Below are positions 40,138 through 50,650 of a stretch of DNA of 64,000 nt, in pieces (the stretch's first letter is position 1; every line of letters starts with the position of its first letter). This DNA is from Abditibacterium sp. (GTDB taxonomy: Bacteria > Armatimonadota > Abditibacteriia > Abditibacteriales > Abditibacteriaceae). Both the position numbers and the translations under genes were made by a program. The stretch lies in NCBI GenBank assembly GCA_965199495.1, contig CBDASK010000003.1, positions 3,616,001 through 3,680,000 on the forward strand, given 5' to 3'. The notes under the pieces are model-generated. The model did no database searches. It was not told where the DNA came from and saw only the letters and a list, made by a program, of their open reading frames with translations.

Positions 40138-40268
40138 TGTCATTCTGAGCGCAGTGAGGCACGAACGAAGTCGAAGAATCCATAACTCTCGATGATGTAA
40201 AAGCGAAGTCCACGCGCAATCAATGGATTCTTCGACTTCGTTCGTGCCTCACTGCGCTCAGAATGATA
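40138..40268. mobile_element. Family-A1 palindrome
   Basis: tgtcattctgagcgcagtgaggcacgaacgaagtcgaagaatccat / atggattcttcgacttcgttcgtgcctcactgcgctcagaatgata. Confidence 0.9.
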
Positions 40269-40280
40269 CGTAGTTATGAA

Positions 40281-42365
40281 TTACAAACTGTCTTCGCGTA
40301 GCAGTTGGTCGCCGACATAAACACGCACGAGGGCGGGATCGGAATCGGGGCGCGTGACGTTGACGGTGCGCGAAACGGTGCGGCCCGCCGGGCGCGAGCG
40401 TTGATAAATCGTGCGCTCGCCTTTGCTATCGCGCACCACGATGCGCACGACCTGCGTGCCGCCATCGGTCGGAACTTTGACCGTGATCGTCGCGGTTTTC
40501 GTTTTGAGTTCGTTGCTGGCCGGAGCAGCAATCGCGGGTTTGCTCGAATCGTCCGCGCTGGACGAGGCGCCCGTGGCTGGTTCGAGCGGGGTGAAATCGG
40601 TGCCGCCATCGGGCAACGCTTCCAGACCCGACGCGTTGTTGCCGTTGGCCGCATTGGCGCCGTTGGTCGGGTCAATGACGTCGCCTCCCTGATCCATGCC
40701 GATGCCTTTTTGGGCGTCAATTTCGGTCGGTTGCGGCCCGCGCGAAACAATTAAAGTAATCGGTTCCGAGCGCCGCAACGGCTCACCCGCGTCGGGGTAC
40801 TGGCCGCAAATGTAGCCACGCGGCACGCGCGGATGATACTGCTCGATGGATTGGCCCAATCGCAGACCGTGTTGCAGAATAATCGCGCGCGCCTGTTCCA
40901 GCGAGAGCTTGGAAAAATCCACCATCTTAATCGGCGCGCTGCCCGCCGAAACCGTGACTAAAACTTCGCGTTGTGCGCGCACAAGTTTGCCCTGTTTCGG
41001 CTCGCCCGCCAGCACGGTGCCTTCGGGTTTTTTCGGATCGTAGCTTTCGCGCGCGACTTTCATTTTGAGGCCTTTCTTCGCCAGAGCCGCCTTGGCCGCG
41101 TCCGAACTCAATCCGACGTATTTGGGCACCGTCACTTCGGCGGGGATTTCGCCGAGCCAGTAATTATAAGCGCCCACGACCATGCCGCCGAGCGCGCCGA
41201 ACAACAAAAGCAGGCCCAGCAACGCGCCCAGAGCGCCTCTAAATTCGCGCCATTTATGCTTTTTGCGCGCGCGCTGCAAAACTTCGGCGCGTTTGGCCTC
41301 GGCGTCTTTTGACATAGTTTCGGCCACCACTTCGTCGAGGGGGCGGCGCTTTGGCCCCAGACTTTCCGTGCTTTCCTCGTCTTCGTTCGCTTCTGTTTCC
41401 GGTTCAATTTCGACAATCATCGGGGCACCTGTTGGCGGCGTGGCTGCTACGGCTGGCAACGGCAACGCCGTATCGCGCAGCAACGCTTCCAATTCGGCGG
41501 CGGTCGGGCGCGCGCCGGGGTCTTTATCCAATAGGCGTAGCGCCAACGCGTCCTGCGCCGAACTGATGCGCTCGTTATATTCGGACGGCGCCACGACTTC
41601 GTCGTTGCGATGGCGCGTGGCAATCGCCAAGGCCGAGGCTCCATCGAAGGGCACGCGCCCGCACAGCATGCGATAAAAACAGACGCCCAACGCGTAAATA
41701 TCGGCGGGGCCGGACAAACCCTCGCCCTGCGAACGTTCGGGCGCCAGATAGTGCGCGACTTCGGGTTGCACATCGGCCAACGCCAAACCCGCCGTCGCGA
41801 AGGCTTCAGCCACGCCGCCGTCGGTTAGAACCGGCTTGTCGTCCGCGTCGAACAAAATTTGGCGCGGGCGCACATCGCCGTGGCTCAGTTGGCAGTTGTG
41901 CAGATAGGCCAAAGCGCCCGCGATGTCGGCCAGCCAACCTTGCGCCTGCGTGCCGGAAATCGGGCCGCGCGCCAGACGCGTTTCCAGCGACGGCGCCGCC
42001 AGCCAATCCGTGGTGAAGTAGAGCGTGTCATCCTCGATGTTGACATCGCGCGGCACCGCTAAATGCGGGTGCGATAATGTAGCCCAGCGCTGCGCGCTTT
42101 GCGTGAGCGCGCCCGGCAAACGCGGGTGACGGTTGGCGACCTGCTTGAGCGCCTTGAGCGCCAGCATTGGCGCGGGCGCGCCATTTTTGGGCGCCGCTTT
42201 GTCGGCCCGCTCGCGCACGCGATAGACGATCCACAGTGTGCCTTCGCCGCGCCGTTCGAGAACTTCGTAGCGCGAAGAGCCATCGGCGCGCCCGTTGCGG
42301 CGTCCGTTGCGGGCGCTTTTGCGGCCCGAAGAATCGGTTTGAGCTTTACGCTCTGAGGCTAACAT
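40281..42365 (-). CDS. Hanks-type Ser/Thr (pseudo)kinase with TM helix and two PASTA domains
   Basis: YEVLE, ALK, HGDVRPRQI, LTDGG, YLAPE, ADIYALG; PASTA 'VTVPKYVG', 'GYICGQYP..G'; start uncertain. Confidence 0.88.
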   Translation of the reverse strand: MLASERKAQTDSSGRKSARNGRRNGRADGSSRYEVLERRGEGTLWIVYRVRERADKAAPKNGAPAPMLALKALKQVANRHPRLPGALTQSAQRWATLSHPHLAVPRDVNIEDDTLYFTTDWLAAPSLETRLARGPISGTQAQGWLADIAGALAYLHNCQLSHGDVRPRQILFDADDKPVLTDGGVAEAFATAGLALADVQPEVAHYLAPERSQGEGLSGPADIYALGVCFYRMLCGRVPFDGASALAIATRHRNDEVVAPSEYNERISSAQDALALRLLDKDPGARPTAAELEALLRDTALPLPAVAATPPTGAPMIVEIEPETEANEDEESTESLGPKRRPLDEVVAETMSKDAEAKRAEVLQRARKKHKWREFRGALGALLGLLLLFGALGGMVVGAYNYWLGEIPAEVTVPKYVGLSSDAAKAALAKKGLKMKVARESYDPKKPEGTVLAGEPKQGKLVRAQREVLVTVSAGSAPIKMVDFSKLSLEQARAIILQHGLRLGQSIEQYHPRVPRGYICGQYPDAGEPLRRSEPITLIVSRGPQPTEIDAQKGIGMDQGGDVIDPTNGANAANGNNASGLEALPDGGTDFTPLEPATGASSSADDSSKPAIAAPASNELKTKTATITVKVPTDGGTQVVRIVVRDSKGERTIYQRSRPAGRTVSRTVNVTRPDSDPALVRVYVGDQLLREDSL

Positions 42366-42579
42366 CTCAAAAAATTCTACCTTCTTTAGAACAATTTGCC
42401 TAATTATCGCGCGATTTACGCGAGACAACCCGTCAAGAAAACCCGCGCCCCCGAAAAATTACTTACACTGTGGCAACGCAAACGAGGCGCCCTTCGGACT
42501 GTTCTCGTTTACTTTATAGCAAATGTTAGGCGCTCGCCGGGAGTTCTTGCCCGCGCGGTGGCTGCTCTTCTTTTTACCA

Positions 42580-43290
42580 ATGAATCCCTGGCACGACATT
42601 GATCCGCGCAACGCCTCTTCCGACTTGCTGGACTGCGTTATCGAGATTCCGCGCGGCGGGCGTCTCAAATACGAACTCGACAAAACTTCCGGTCTGCTCC
42701 GTCTGGATCGCGTGTTGTTTTCGGCGGTGTTTTACCCGGCCAATTACGGTTTCATTCCGCGCACCTACTGCGACGACAAAGACCCACTCGATATTTTGGT
42801 TTTGGGCCAAGAACCGGTGATGCCGCTGTGCATCCTAACCGCGCGCCCCATCGGCGTAATGCAGATGGTTGATCAGGACGAGGAAGACGACAAAATCATC
42901 GCGGTTCACGAACACGATCCGGCCTATCATCACCTGCGCGATATTTCGGAATTGCCCGATCACACGTTGCAGGAGTTGCAGCGGTTTTTCGAGGATTACA
43001 AAGCGCTCGAACTGAAAAGCGTGCGCATCGAGCGCTTCAAAAATCGCGAGGGCGCTCAAAAAATTATTGATAAAGCGTTCGAGCTTTACGAAGAAACGTT
43101 CAACTTCACGCCCGACCCGCTGGCGCCCGCGCCCGTCGAAGAACCGAAACCCAAACCCGGCGCGACGCCTTCGATGAAAGCGCGTTTGCAAGCGGCCCAG
43201 CGCGCTGCCAATGTGCTTTCGGCGGGCGACGCGCAGCAACGCGATCACGCCGCGCGCGAAGGTAAAGGTGGCGACGAAGTGGACGATTGA
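42580..43290 (+). CDS. ppa: Family I inorganic pyrophosphatase with C-terminal extension
   Basis: IEIP.G...[35 protein letters not shown]. Confidence 0.95.
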   Translation: MNPWHDIDPRNASSDLLDCVIEIPRGGRLKYELDKTSGLLRLDRVLFSAVFYPANYGFIPRTYCDDKDPLDILVLGQEPVMPLCILTARPIGVMQMVDQDEEDDKIIAVHEHDPAYHHLRDISELPDHTLQELQRFFEDYKALELKSVRIERFKNREGAQKIIDKAFELYEETFNFTPDPLAPAPVEEPKPKPGATPSMKARLQAAQRAANVLSAGDAQQRDHAAREGKGGDEVDD

Positions 43291-43331
43291 GGCATGGATT
43301 GCAATGGTTCAGTTCCGTCGAAATTTGTCCT

Positions 43332-43415
43332 GTTCTGCGGGGCTGACGCCCTCTTCCAATCGGCGGACTTTCAGAAAATTTTACTGATTGGAAGAGGGCG
43401 TCAGCCCCGCAGAAC
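43332..43415. repeat. Family-B palindrome overlapping the 3' end of the next gene
   Basis: gttctgcggggctgacgccctcttccaatc / gattggaagagggcgtcagccccgcagaac. Confidence 0.9.
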
Positions 43416-44103
43416 GCTCCAAACCGCGCATCACCCACGCTTGCGCCGCGACACAACCGACCGCCGCATAAACCACGATTTTCTGGCTGGTCGCCTGAAC
43501 TGCTAATCCCATCGCGGTATCGGTGTTCGGCCCGCGCCAAATCAATAATAAATAGGCGAACAGTAAAATCGTGAAAACGCCGATAAATTTCACCAACAAA
43601 CGCGGGAACTCTGGGCGCTTGGAAACGATGGCGCCAGAAGAGAGCGAAGCCAACAAGAAAAAGCGAAACGCCCACACCACGAAAAATCCATGACGGTAAG
43701 ACGCCAAATCGGCGGTGTTGAGCGCGACGCCAACGAAGCAATAGCCCGCAGCCACGCCGCAAGCAGCCACGGCGGCGATGGCGCAATCAGCGAGCAGGAC
43801 GCGCGCCGTGGCTGTGCGCCAGAGGGCGCGCGCCAAAGTCAGATGAAATATCGCCAGCGCTGCGCCCGCCGCGCTTAACGCGAATTTGAATAACAGCGCC
43901 GCAGTCGCGTTGGGCGCGCCATTGCGCGCCGTCGTGCGGCCCAAATCGCTGAAGAAATTGAGCCAGAAATGATAGCCCGCGCTGTGCGCGTCAATTGAAG
44001 TTCCGCCCGCATAAAATGGCATCGCCAGCGCGGTCAAAACTACAAACAGCGCGCACGCGGCTAAAACAAGGTCGAAGCAGAAACGCTCCCCACGATTTTT
44101 CAT
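43381..44103 (-). CDS. Multi-pass membrane protein (DUF998-like)
   Basis: 'AM.FY.GGT....GY.FW.NFFSDLG', 'QKIVVY'; 6 TM helices. Confidence 0.8.
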   Translation of the reverse strand: MKNRGERFCFDLVLAACALFVVLTALAMPFYAGGTSIDAHSAGYHFWLNFFSDLGRTTARNGAPNATAALLFKFALSAAGAALAIFHLTLARALWRTATARVLLADCAIAAVAACGVAAGYCFVGVALNTADLASYRHGFFVVWAFRFFLLASLSSGAIVSKRPEFPRLLVKFIGVFTILLFAYLLLIWRGPNTDTAMGLAVQATSQKIVVYAAVGCVAAQAWVMRGLERSAGLTPSSNQ

Positions 44104-44187
44104 CGCACGCTTTGACGCTTTAACGCGGGCAAGAGCCGACATCGAAACGCGCGAAAGCGTTAAAATATGGCGGGCAAAAACTTTTTT

Positions 44188-44577
44188 ATGCGCACACTTT
44201 TGTTAATGATGTTAGCGGGAGCGTTGGGCGCGGGCGCGCGCTACGGCCTGACGCTGTGGATTCAAAACGGCCCCGGCGCGCTTTTTAATTTCCCCTTGGG
44301 CACGCTGGTAATTAACGTCGTGGGTTGCCTGTTACTCAGCGTGATTACGACCATCGGTCTGGCGCGCGCCGCGCCCGATATGCGATTGATTCTGGGGACG
44401 GGTTTTTGCGGCGCCTTCACCACGTTTTCGACGTTTGAACTCGAAGCCGAAGAATTGTTGGGACGCGCGCCCAAAGCCGCCGTGATTTATGTCGGTGGCA
44501 ATTTGGTTCTGGGTTTTGGCGCGATATTTCTGGGCCGTTGGCTGGCGATGCAAATTTTGGAGCGGCTTTCGCCATGA
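44188..44577 (+). CDS. crcB: Fluoride channel CrcB/FluC
   Basis: GA.ARY, FPLGTL.IN..GC, GTGFCGAFTTFSTF. Confidence 0.95.
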   Translation: MRTLLLMMLAGALGAGARYGLTLWIQNGPGALFNFPLGTLVINVVGCLLLSVITTIGLARAAPDMRLILGTGFCGAFTTFSTFELEAEELLGRAPKAAVIYVGGNLVLGFGAIFLGRWLAMQILERLSP

Positions 44578-46565
44578 AAAGTTTGGCGCGTTTCGGAAAG
44601 TTCGTAGGCCGATTCTGGCCATTGTGGCTGGTGTGCGTCGTCATCGGGGCCATCCCAGTTTCGCGCGATGTGGCGCGGCGGCATCTCGTCGGCTCGATTT
44701 ATGATTCCTATTCGGAGTTTTCACTGCGCTCTTTGTGGCGCGATATCTTCGGCAATCGGGATCACGATGTCGCCAATCCTTTGCCCGCCGTCAGCCAGCA
44801 TCCGCGCGACCTCGATTTGGCGTTGTGGGAAGCGCTCTGGAATAGCGACGGATTTTATATCCGAGGCCGCGACACTAATTATTCTCGCGATTTGAACGGG
44901 CTGGTCAAAAAATTCCCTGACCAAATACTCGCTTACGCGCCGATTTTGCAAAACGAGTTGGAAATTTACGCGTGGAGCAACAGCTTTCGTCAGGGACAAT
45001 CGCCGCCCAATTCTCTGAGCAATACGCAGTTGCGCGACTTGGCAAAACGCGCGCGCCAGTTGGAGCCGAATAACGCGCTGTGGCCGGTCGCACAGGCGAT
45101 GAGCGCCTCGCGTCGGGGCGACAACGCGGAAACTTTAAAATTGTTGCAAATCGCGGCGCGTTGCCCGCTTTACGACGACAAAACGCTCGAAATCACGCGA
45201 CGCGTTTTGAAGGCGCACGAGCGTTATGGCGCGTTGCAAGATTACGAAAAGCGCGCGATTGCAAAAACACTGCGCCAGAGCAATAACGGCTCTGCGGGCG
45301 ATACGATTCAATTTTGGGCCAAACACGCCGCCGCCTTGCGTCGCAACGGCAAGCACGCCGAAGCGTTGCAATGGAGCGCGGCGCTGGCGGGCATCGGCAC
45401 CCTGATGCAGCGCGACCCGAATTCGAGCGCGACGATTGCGGATGGCAACGACTGGCAACAGTGGGCATGGAGCATGGGTGGGCAGGGCAGCAAAAAGCTC
45501 TCGGTCAGCGAACGTTTCGCGGGCTATGCCATTACTCAGGGCCGCGCCGACATAGCAGCCACGGCGCGCGCTCAGAAAAAGCAATCGAACTCGACGAGCC
45601 AGCTTTTGGCGAGCGCGGCGGGCGATGGCGGTTGGAACCGTTGGCAGGGCGAACTCTGGCTCAACCCCGACGGTTTACTGGGCACTCTATCGTTGCTTGA
45701 AATCTTTGGATTCGGCCTCATTCTGGCGAGCTTTTATCTGCTCGGTTGGTGGCTGGCCGCCAACCTTTTGCTGTGGCGCGCGAGCGGCGCGCCCTCGACG
45801 CGCGCCGCGCGGGTTTCGCTTTCGTTCGTTGTTGTCGCGGTTTTGCTTTTGATGGCGACGGCGGGCCTGAGCTGGATGGTTTTCCACCAGCAAAGTGGGC
45901 GGGTCACTAATGCTCATTTCGACGCTTACCAAAACGGGTTCGGTTCGCTCATGGTATTCAGCTTTTTGGGCGCACCGTTCGTGCTGGCGCTCGCCGTGGC
46001 TGCTCTGACGCTGTGGCGCCAGCGCGAGCGTTTCGATTTATCTCCGCGCGTGGATATGGAATTGGCGCTACCGAATTGGGCGCGCGCGTTGCTGCGTTGG
46101 TTTTTGCCGATGGGCGTTGTGGCCACGCTGTTGTTTTTCATCGGCGGTTGGACATTGTGGATAACCGCTTCGTGGAACGATTGGGGCAACGTGGATTTGC
46201 TGGCCCAATTGCCGCCCGACCGCAACGGCGTCACCGGTTCGTTGATGTGGAACTTGAAAGATGATCCGACTCCTTTTATTTACGGCATTTTCATGTGCTT
46301 CATTTGTTTCGCGGTTTGGTTCGCCAAATGGCGCTGGGCGACCGCGCGCGATTTGCGCCCCTTCACTCAGGGCGCGTTGCGTTGGTGGAAAGAGTCGCTG
46401 GGTTGCACTCTTGTCGTTTTGTTCTGGACTTATTTCGCCATTGCTTTGGTCGGCTGGCCAATACACAATCGCGCCGATGCGCGTTTGGAGCGCGTTTTGT
46501 CGCACGGAGACATCACGGTTTTGCGCGAATTGCGGGCAGTTACGAAACCTACGAACAAAACCTGA
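44574..46565 (+). CDS. Large membrane protein with helical periplasmic domain
   Basis: ATGA overlap with crcB; N-terminal TM, 'ARQLEPNNA' TPR-like segment, about 6 C-terminal TM helices. Confidence 0.75.
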   Translation: MKSLARFGKFVGRFWPLWLVCVVIGAIPVSRDVARRHLVGSIYDSYSEFSLRSLWRDIFGNRDHDVANPLPAVSQHPRDLDLALWEALWNSDGFYIRGRDTNYSRDLNGLVKKFPDQILAYAPILQNELEIYAWSNSFRQGQSPPNSLSNTQLRDLAKRARQLEPNNALWPVAQAMSASRRGDNAETLKLLQIAARCPLYDDKTLEITRRVLKAHERYGALQDYEKRAIAKTLRQSNNGSAGDTIQFWAKHAAALRRNGKHAEALQWSAALAGIGTLMQRDPNSSATIADGNDWQQWAWSMGGQGSKKLSVSERFAGYAITQGRADIAATARAQKKQSNSTSQLLASAAGDGGWNRWQGELWLNPDGLLGTLSLLEIFGFGLILASFYLLGWWLAANLLLWRASGAPSTRAARVSLSFVVVAVLLLMATAGLSWMVFHQQSGRVTNAHFDAYQNGFGSLMVFSFLGAPFVLALAVAALTLWRQRERFDLSPRVDMELALPNWARALLRWFLPMGVVATLLFFIGGWTLWITASWNDWGNVDLLAQLPPDRNGVTGSLMWNLKDDPTPFIYGIFMCFICFAVWFAKWRWATARDLRPFTQGALRWWKESLGCTLVVLFWTYFAIALVGWPIHNRADARLERVLSHGDITVLRELRAVTKPTNKT

Positions 46566-46729
46566 GCGAACTCCTAATTATCTGAAACGAAACTCGATAC
46601 AGCGCGCCTTATCTAAACTCCGCTTTGCCGTTGCCAGTTCGCGTTTTGCGGCATCTCAAGCCGTTCAGTTGTAAAATTAATCGGGTTTGCTGCCTTTTTA
46701 TTGGCGCGCAAACACCCATTCGCGTTCTT

Positions 46730-48019
46730 ATGCCTCAAGCCTCATCCATCGCAGCTCCCCGTCCGGCTCACGCTTCCTACTCCGAAACTCAGTCGCAACG
46801 CGCCCGGCGCGTCTCGCTCGATTTGATGCGCGAGTTGAAGCCGATTTTAAATTCGCGGTGCCGGGTCAAGTTGTGGGACGGTTCGTTTTATCCCAGCGAC
46901 GAGGCGCGCGATTGCACGGTGACGCTGCGCCATCCCGGCTCGATGCGCGGGATGTTCATGGCGCACAACGGCATCACGTTGGCCGAAACTTATATTCGCG
47001 ATTTGTGGAATTGGGAAGGCGACCGCGAGGCGATGTTCGAGTTAATCGAGGCGATTGGCGCCGAGCCGTATTCCAACCTGCGCAAACTGCATCTGGGCGC
47101 GCAACTGCTGCGTTTGCCCAAGCCCGACGCGACGCAGCCACGGCGCTGGCGTAAGCGCGCGCAGTTGAGCGGAAAACCGCACTCCATCGAGCGCAGTAAG
47201 GCGGCGGTGGCTTATCATTACAACGTCGGCACCGATTTTTATGCCGAGTTTCTCGATGCCAACATGGTTTACAGTTGCGGCATCTTCCAAGACGGCGACA
47301 CGCTCGAACAGGCGCAAATTCGTAAGTTGGACGGCATTTGTCAGACGCTGAAATTACAACGCGGCCAACGCGTTTTGGATGTCGGCTGCGGTTGGGGCGG
47401 TTTCATGCTGCACGCCGCGCGTAACTACGGCGTCGAAGTCACGGGCATTACTTTGTCGCAGCCGCAATGCGACGAAGCCAATCTTCGCATCCAAGCGGCG
47501 GGTTTGGAACAGACGTGTCGCGCCATCGTGTGCGATTATCGCGAAATCGCGAACTGGGAACATTTCGATGCCATTGCTTCGATTGAAATGTTCGAGCACG
47601 TTGGGCGCGAAATGCTCGAAACTTATTTCGAGCGCGCGCGCCATTTGCTCAAGCCGGGCGGTCTGTTTTTGAATCAGGGCACGACCGTGCAAATCGAGGA
47701 AGGCCGCAAGAATTATCCGAGTTTCATTAAACAATACGTTTTTCCCGACGGCGAAGTTTTGCCCATCGAAACCTCGATTCACGCCAGCGAAAAAGCCGGT
47801 TTCGAGGTTTTATCCAATATTTCGATTCGCGAACATTACGTCAAAACCTGCGACGCTTGGGTAAAAAATCTGGAAGACAATTACGATTCTGCCAGCCATA
47901 TCGTCGGCGACCCGACATGGCGCATCTGGCATTTATATACCGCGATTTCGGGTTATAGTTTTCGCACGGGCCGCTGCAATTGCTATCAAACGTTGATGAA
48001 GAAAAGCGATTTGAAATAA
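46730..48019 (+). CDS. cfa: Cyclopropane-fatty-acyl-phospholipid synthase family methyltransferase
   Basis: YHYNVG.DFY..FLD..MVYSC, AQ..KLD, LDVGCGWGG, SIEMFEHVG, FI..YVFPDG. Confidence 0.93.
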   Translation: MPQASSIAAPRPAHASYSETQSQRARRVSLDLMRELKPILNSRCRVKLWDGSFYPSDEARDCTVTLRHPGSMRGMFMAHNGITLAETYIRDLWNWEGDREAMFELIEAIGAEPYSNLRKLHLGAQLLRLPKPDATQPRRWRKRAQLSGKPHSIERSKAAVAYHYNVGTDFYAEFLDANMVYSCGIFQDGDTLEQAQIRKLDGICQTLKLQRGQRVLDVGCGWGGFMLHAARNYGVEVTGITLSQPQCDEANLRIQAAGLEQTCRAIVCDYREIANWEHFDAIASIEMFEHVGREMLETYFERARHLLKPGGLFLNQGTTVQIEEGRKNYPSFIKQYVFPDGEVLPIETSIHASEKAGFEVLSNISIREHYVKTCDAWVKNLEDNYDSASHIVGDPTWRIWHLYTAISGYSFRTGRCNCYQTLMKKSDLK

Positions 48020-48028
48020 GAGATTGGG

Positions 48029-48197
48029 CGTAATTCCCTCACCCGCCTTCGTAAAACTCAGGCACCCTCTCCCGGAGGGAGAAGGTTATCTGCGGGCCTC
48101 ATTGTCGAGAGTTTTGTTAAAAATTGAAGCGCCAGAATAACCTTCTCCCTCCGGGAGAGGGTGCCTGAGTTTTACGAAGGCGGGTGAGGGAATTACG
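48029..48197. repeat. Family-D palindrome with perfect 61-bp arms
   Basis: cgtaattccctcacccgccttcgtaaaactcaggcaccctctcccggagggagaaggttat and its exact reverse complement at 48137-48197. Confidence 0.93.
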
Positions 48198-48204
48198 TAA
48201 TCGC

Positions 48205-49617
48205 CTACCATTTCGGCAGCGATTTCTTCTTCAACGGAACCGGCACTTTGACCGCTTCCGATTTTTCCTCAACAATTACAACCGGTTCGGCCTCCACAAC
48301 TTTTGGCGCAATTTCAACGATTTTCGGCGCTTCGACAACTGGCGCCATAACTTCAACTGGTTCTTCAATCGGCTCGACGGCAATAGCAGCCACGGCGACT
48401 TCCAACTTTTCTAATTTCGGTGTTTGCGCTTCAACAACCGCAGGTTTCAATAAATTAACTTGTGACTCCGCGTCTTGCGCGGCGCGCTCGCGGCGTTTTT
48501 CGGCTTCGGCGGCTTCGCGTTGCGATTGCAATTCGCGCAGTTCGCGCAGCATGGATTCGTCGAAACCTTCGCTGGTGCCAAACTTGGTGCGATAACGATT
48601 CTCGCGTTCTTCGTCTTCCGCGACTTCCACTGTTTCTGGCGCAGCAACGGCGATTTGGGGCGCCGGTTCGCTTGCGGAATTGGGAGCGGTCAATTCCAAA
48701 TCGAGCAGCGCTTGCGGATGGTCGGGCGCTTGCAAAATCAACCAGATGAGCGCGAGCAGAACCGGCAGCAAAAAAAACGAGCCTTCGGCGCCGAAACTGC
48801 CGCCCGAAAGCCAGTTGTTCGCGTTGGCTTTCACGTCCAACAACTGAAACGTTTTGATGCCCGAAACCGGCAGCGAAAACAGACAGCCCAGCGAAAAATT
48901 CCACGCCGCGTGAAAGCCAATCGGGAACCACAGCGAACCAGTTTTGCGATAAGACAACGCGAAGAAAATGCCGATGAGAAATATCGAAGGCATCGCGCCC
49001 AGCGCCGCCAGACGCGCCTCGTCGGACGCCGTGGCGACATTGCCCAGATGAATCAAGGCAAAGACCGCCGCCTGCAAAAATACGGCGCCTTTCCAGCCCA
49101 ACCAATCGGTCAGATTATGCAGCGCGTAGCCGCGAAACACGAACTCCTCGAAAAAACCGACGCACGCGAACGCGATGATATAACCCAGCAAAGAAAAGAG
49201 GGCGGTCGGGCTTTGGGCTGCCGCGCTAAAACCGCTCACCGAAATTGCGCCCGTCAGCCACAAAATCGCCCAGATGACCGCGATAGAAAGAAAGCCCGTT
49301 ACCGCGCCGCGCCCCAGATTGGAGCCGACGCGAGAACGCCGCAAACCCAGCGAGACAAAAGAACGTTTGTCGAGTTTGGCGCGACAAAAGCCCAGCCATA
49401 ACAGACCCGCCGGATAAACGAAAAGCGTCAGAACTAACGCGTTGGTTTCGGTCGCGTCGGTCAGTTGACCAATGATTTTATCAACCGGCACGCCCGGCGA
49501 GCGCGCCATCAAGACGCCGATGCAAACCGCCGCCAACGCCAAACCAGCCACGACCATCGTGATAAACAAACCGAGAGCCGCGATGAGCAAACGCGCGAAC
49601 GGGTGAAGGCGAGACAT
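48205..49617 (-). CDS. CPBP (CAAX/Abi) intramembrane metalloprotease with long acidic C-terminal tail
   Basis: EEFVFRG, FALIH, TGSLW..IG.H..WN, GG.FG.EGS. Confidence 0.9.
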   Translation of the reverse strand: MSRLHPFARLLIAALGLFITMVVAGLALAAVCIGVLMARSPGVPVDKIIGQLTDATETNALVLTLFVYPAGLLWLGFCRAKLDKRSFVSLGLRRSRVGSNLGRGAVTGFLSIAVIWAILWLTGAISVSGFSAAAQSPTALFSLLGYIIAFACVGFFEEFVFRGYALHNLTDWLGWKGAVFLQAAVFALIHLGNVATASDEARLAALGAMPSIFLIGIFFALSYRKTGSLWFPIGFHAAWNFSLGCLFSLPVSGIKTFQLLDVKANANNWLSGGSFGAEGSFFLLPVLLALIWLILQAPDHPQALLDLELTAPNSASEPAPQIAVAAPETVEVAEDEERENRYRTKFGTSEGFDESMLRELRELQSQREAAEAEKRRERAAQDAESQVNLLKPAVVEAQTPKLEKLEVAVAAIAVEPIEEPVEVMAPVVEAPKIVEIAPKVVEAEPVVIVEEKSEAVKVPVPLKKKSLPKW

Positions 49618-49620
49618 TTT

Positions 49621-49746
49621 TCAGGAGACAGAAGACAGGAGACGGGAGACAGAGAGAGTTGATGCGCGTCGGAACGCTGCTGTTACTGCGCAACGTTCCG
49701 ACGCGCATTAACTTCTGTCTCCTGTTTTCCGTCTCCTGTCTCCTGA
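49621..49746. repeat. Heptamer-armed palindrome (CAGGAGA)n with inner hairpin
   Basis: tcaggagacagaagacaggagacgggagacag..gttgatgcgcgtcggaacg / cgttccgacgcgcattaac..ctgtctcctga. Confidence 0.88.
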
Positions 49747-49748
49747 TG

Positions 49749-50525
49749 TTACCGTGTGCCGTTGAAGTCCGAGTTGGAGTAGTTGGTGCTGACGTAGGGA
49801 TCGCGCAGGTCGTCGCCGTAGGTCGCCGAATTGGAGCGCAGCGATTCTTTGCCCGCCTCGACGCTCGAATTGAGTTTGTCCAAGGCGCCCGAAATTTTGT
49901 CCAAGACTTCAAACGCGTAATCGTCGGCGTGACGGCGCAACTCTTCGGCTTGCGCGTTGGCGCTGGCGAGATGGGCGTCGGCTTCTTCGTTGGCGCGCTG
50001 GGTCACGGCGTCTTCGGCGACCAGAGCGTCGGCCCGTTTTTGCGCGTTTTCTTCGATGTGCATGGCGCGGTCATTGGCTTCGTCAATTGTGCGTTTGGCC
50101 TGCGCATCGGCGGCTTCGGTGGTGCGCGTGGCTTTAGTGTTGGCGACTTCGGTGGTGCGATTGATTTGGATTTCCGCGTCGTTCATCATCCGATCCACCT
50201 GGTTTTTGGCTTCGGCAATCGCCCGATCCGAGCGATTGCGCGCATCGGTCACCAATTTCTCGGCGTCGCGCTCGGCGGTATTAATCAGCCGGTCGGCCTC
50301 GGTCTGGGCGCTCTTGACGACGGCCTCGGCTTTGTTCATCAAGTCCTCGGCTTCCTTCATGGACTTGGGCAGGGCCGAGCGCAGTTGCTGCACTTTGCTG
50401 AAAAAATCCTCTTCGGGCACCAATCGTTTGCCCAAAATGCCTTTTCCTTCTTCTACGAGCTGTTCCAGCTCGTCAATAATACGTAAAATATTGATGGTAA
50501 TTGTCTCCTCCGATGCTCGAAACAT
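49749..50525 (-). CDS. Coiled-coil protein of the family usually found downstream of rsmD-coaD (ATP-synthase-b-like)
   Basis: 'IDELEQLVE....LR.ALP....EA' N-terminus, Ala/Glu heptads, 'AD.YA..L..I...L......V..G...L' C-terminus. Confidence 0.8.
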   Translation of the reverse strand: MFRASEETITINILRIIDELEQLVEEGKGILGKRLVPEEDFFSKVQQLRSALPKSMKEAEDLMNKAEAVVKSAQTEADRLINTAERDAEKLVTDARNRSDRAIAEAKNQVDRMMNDAEIQINRTTEVANTKATRTTEAADAQAKRTIDEANDRAMHIEENAQKRADALVAEDAVTQRANEEADAHLASANAQAEELRRHADDYAFEVLDKISGALDKLNSSVEAGKESLRSNSATYGDDLRDPYVSTNYSNSDFNGTR

Positions 50526-50650
50526 CGGCTTGAAATTTGAATGATTTGAGTTGCGCCGGGAAAGATTTTCGGCTTTCTCGCGCGCGTAATTTTTCGCTAC
50601 GACGTGTTTTGATGTTATCGAATTCGCGCCTGTTTTCCTGCGTCCTAACT

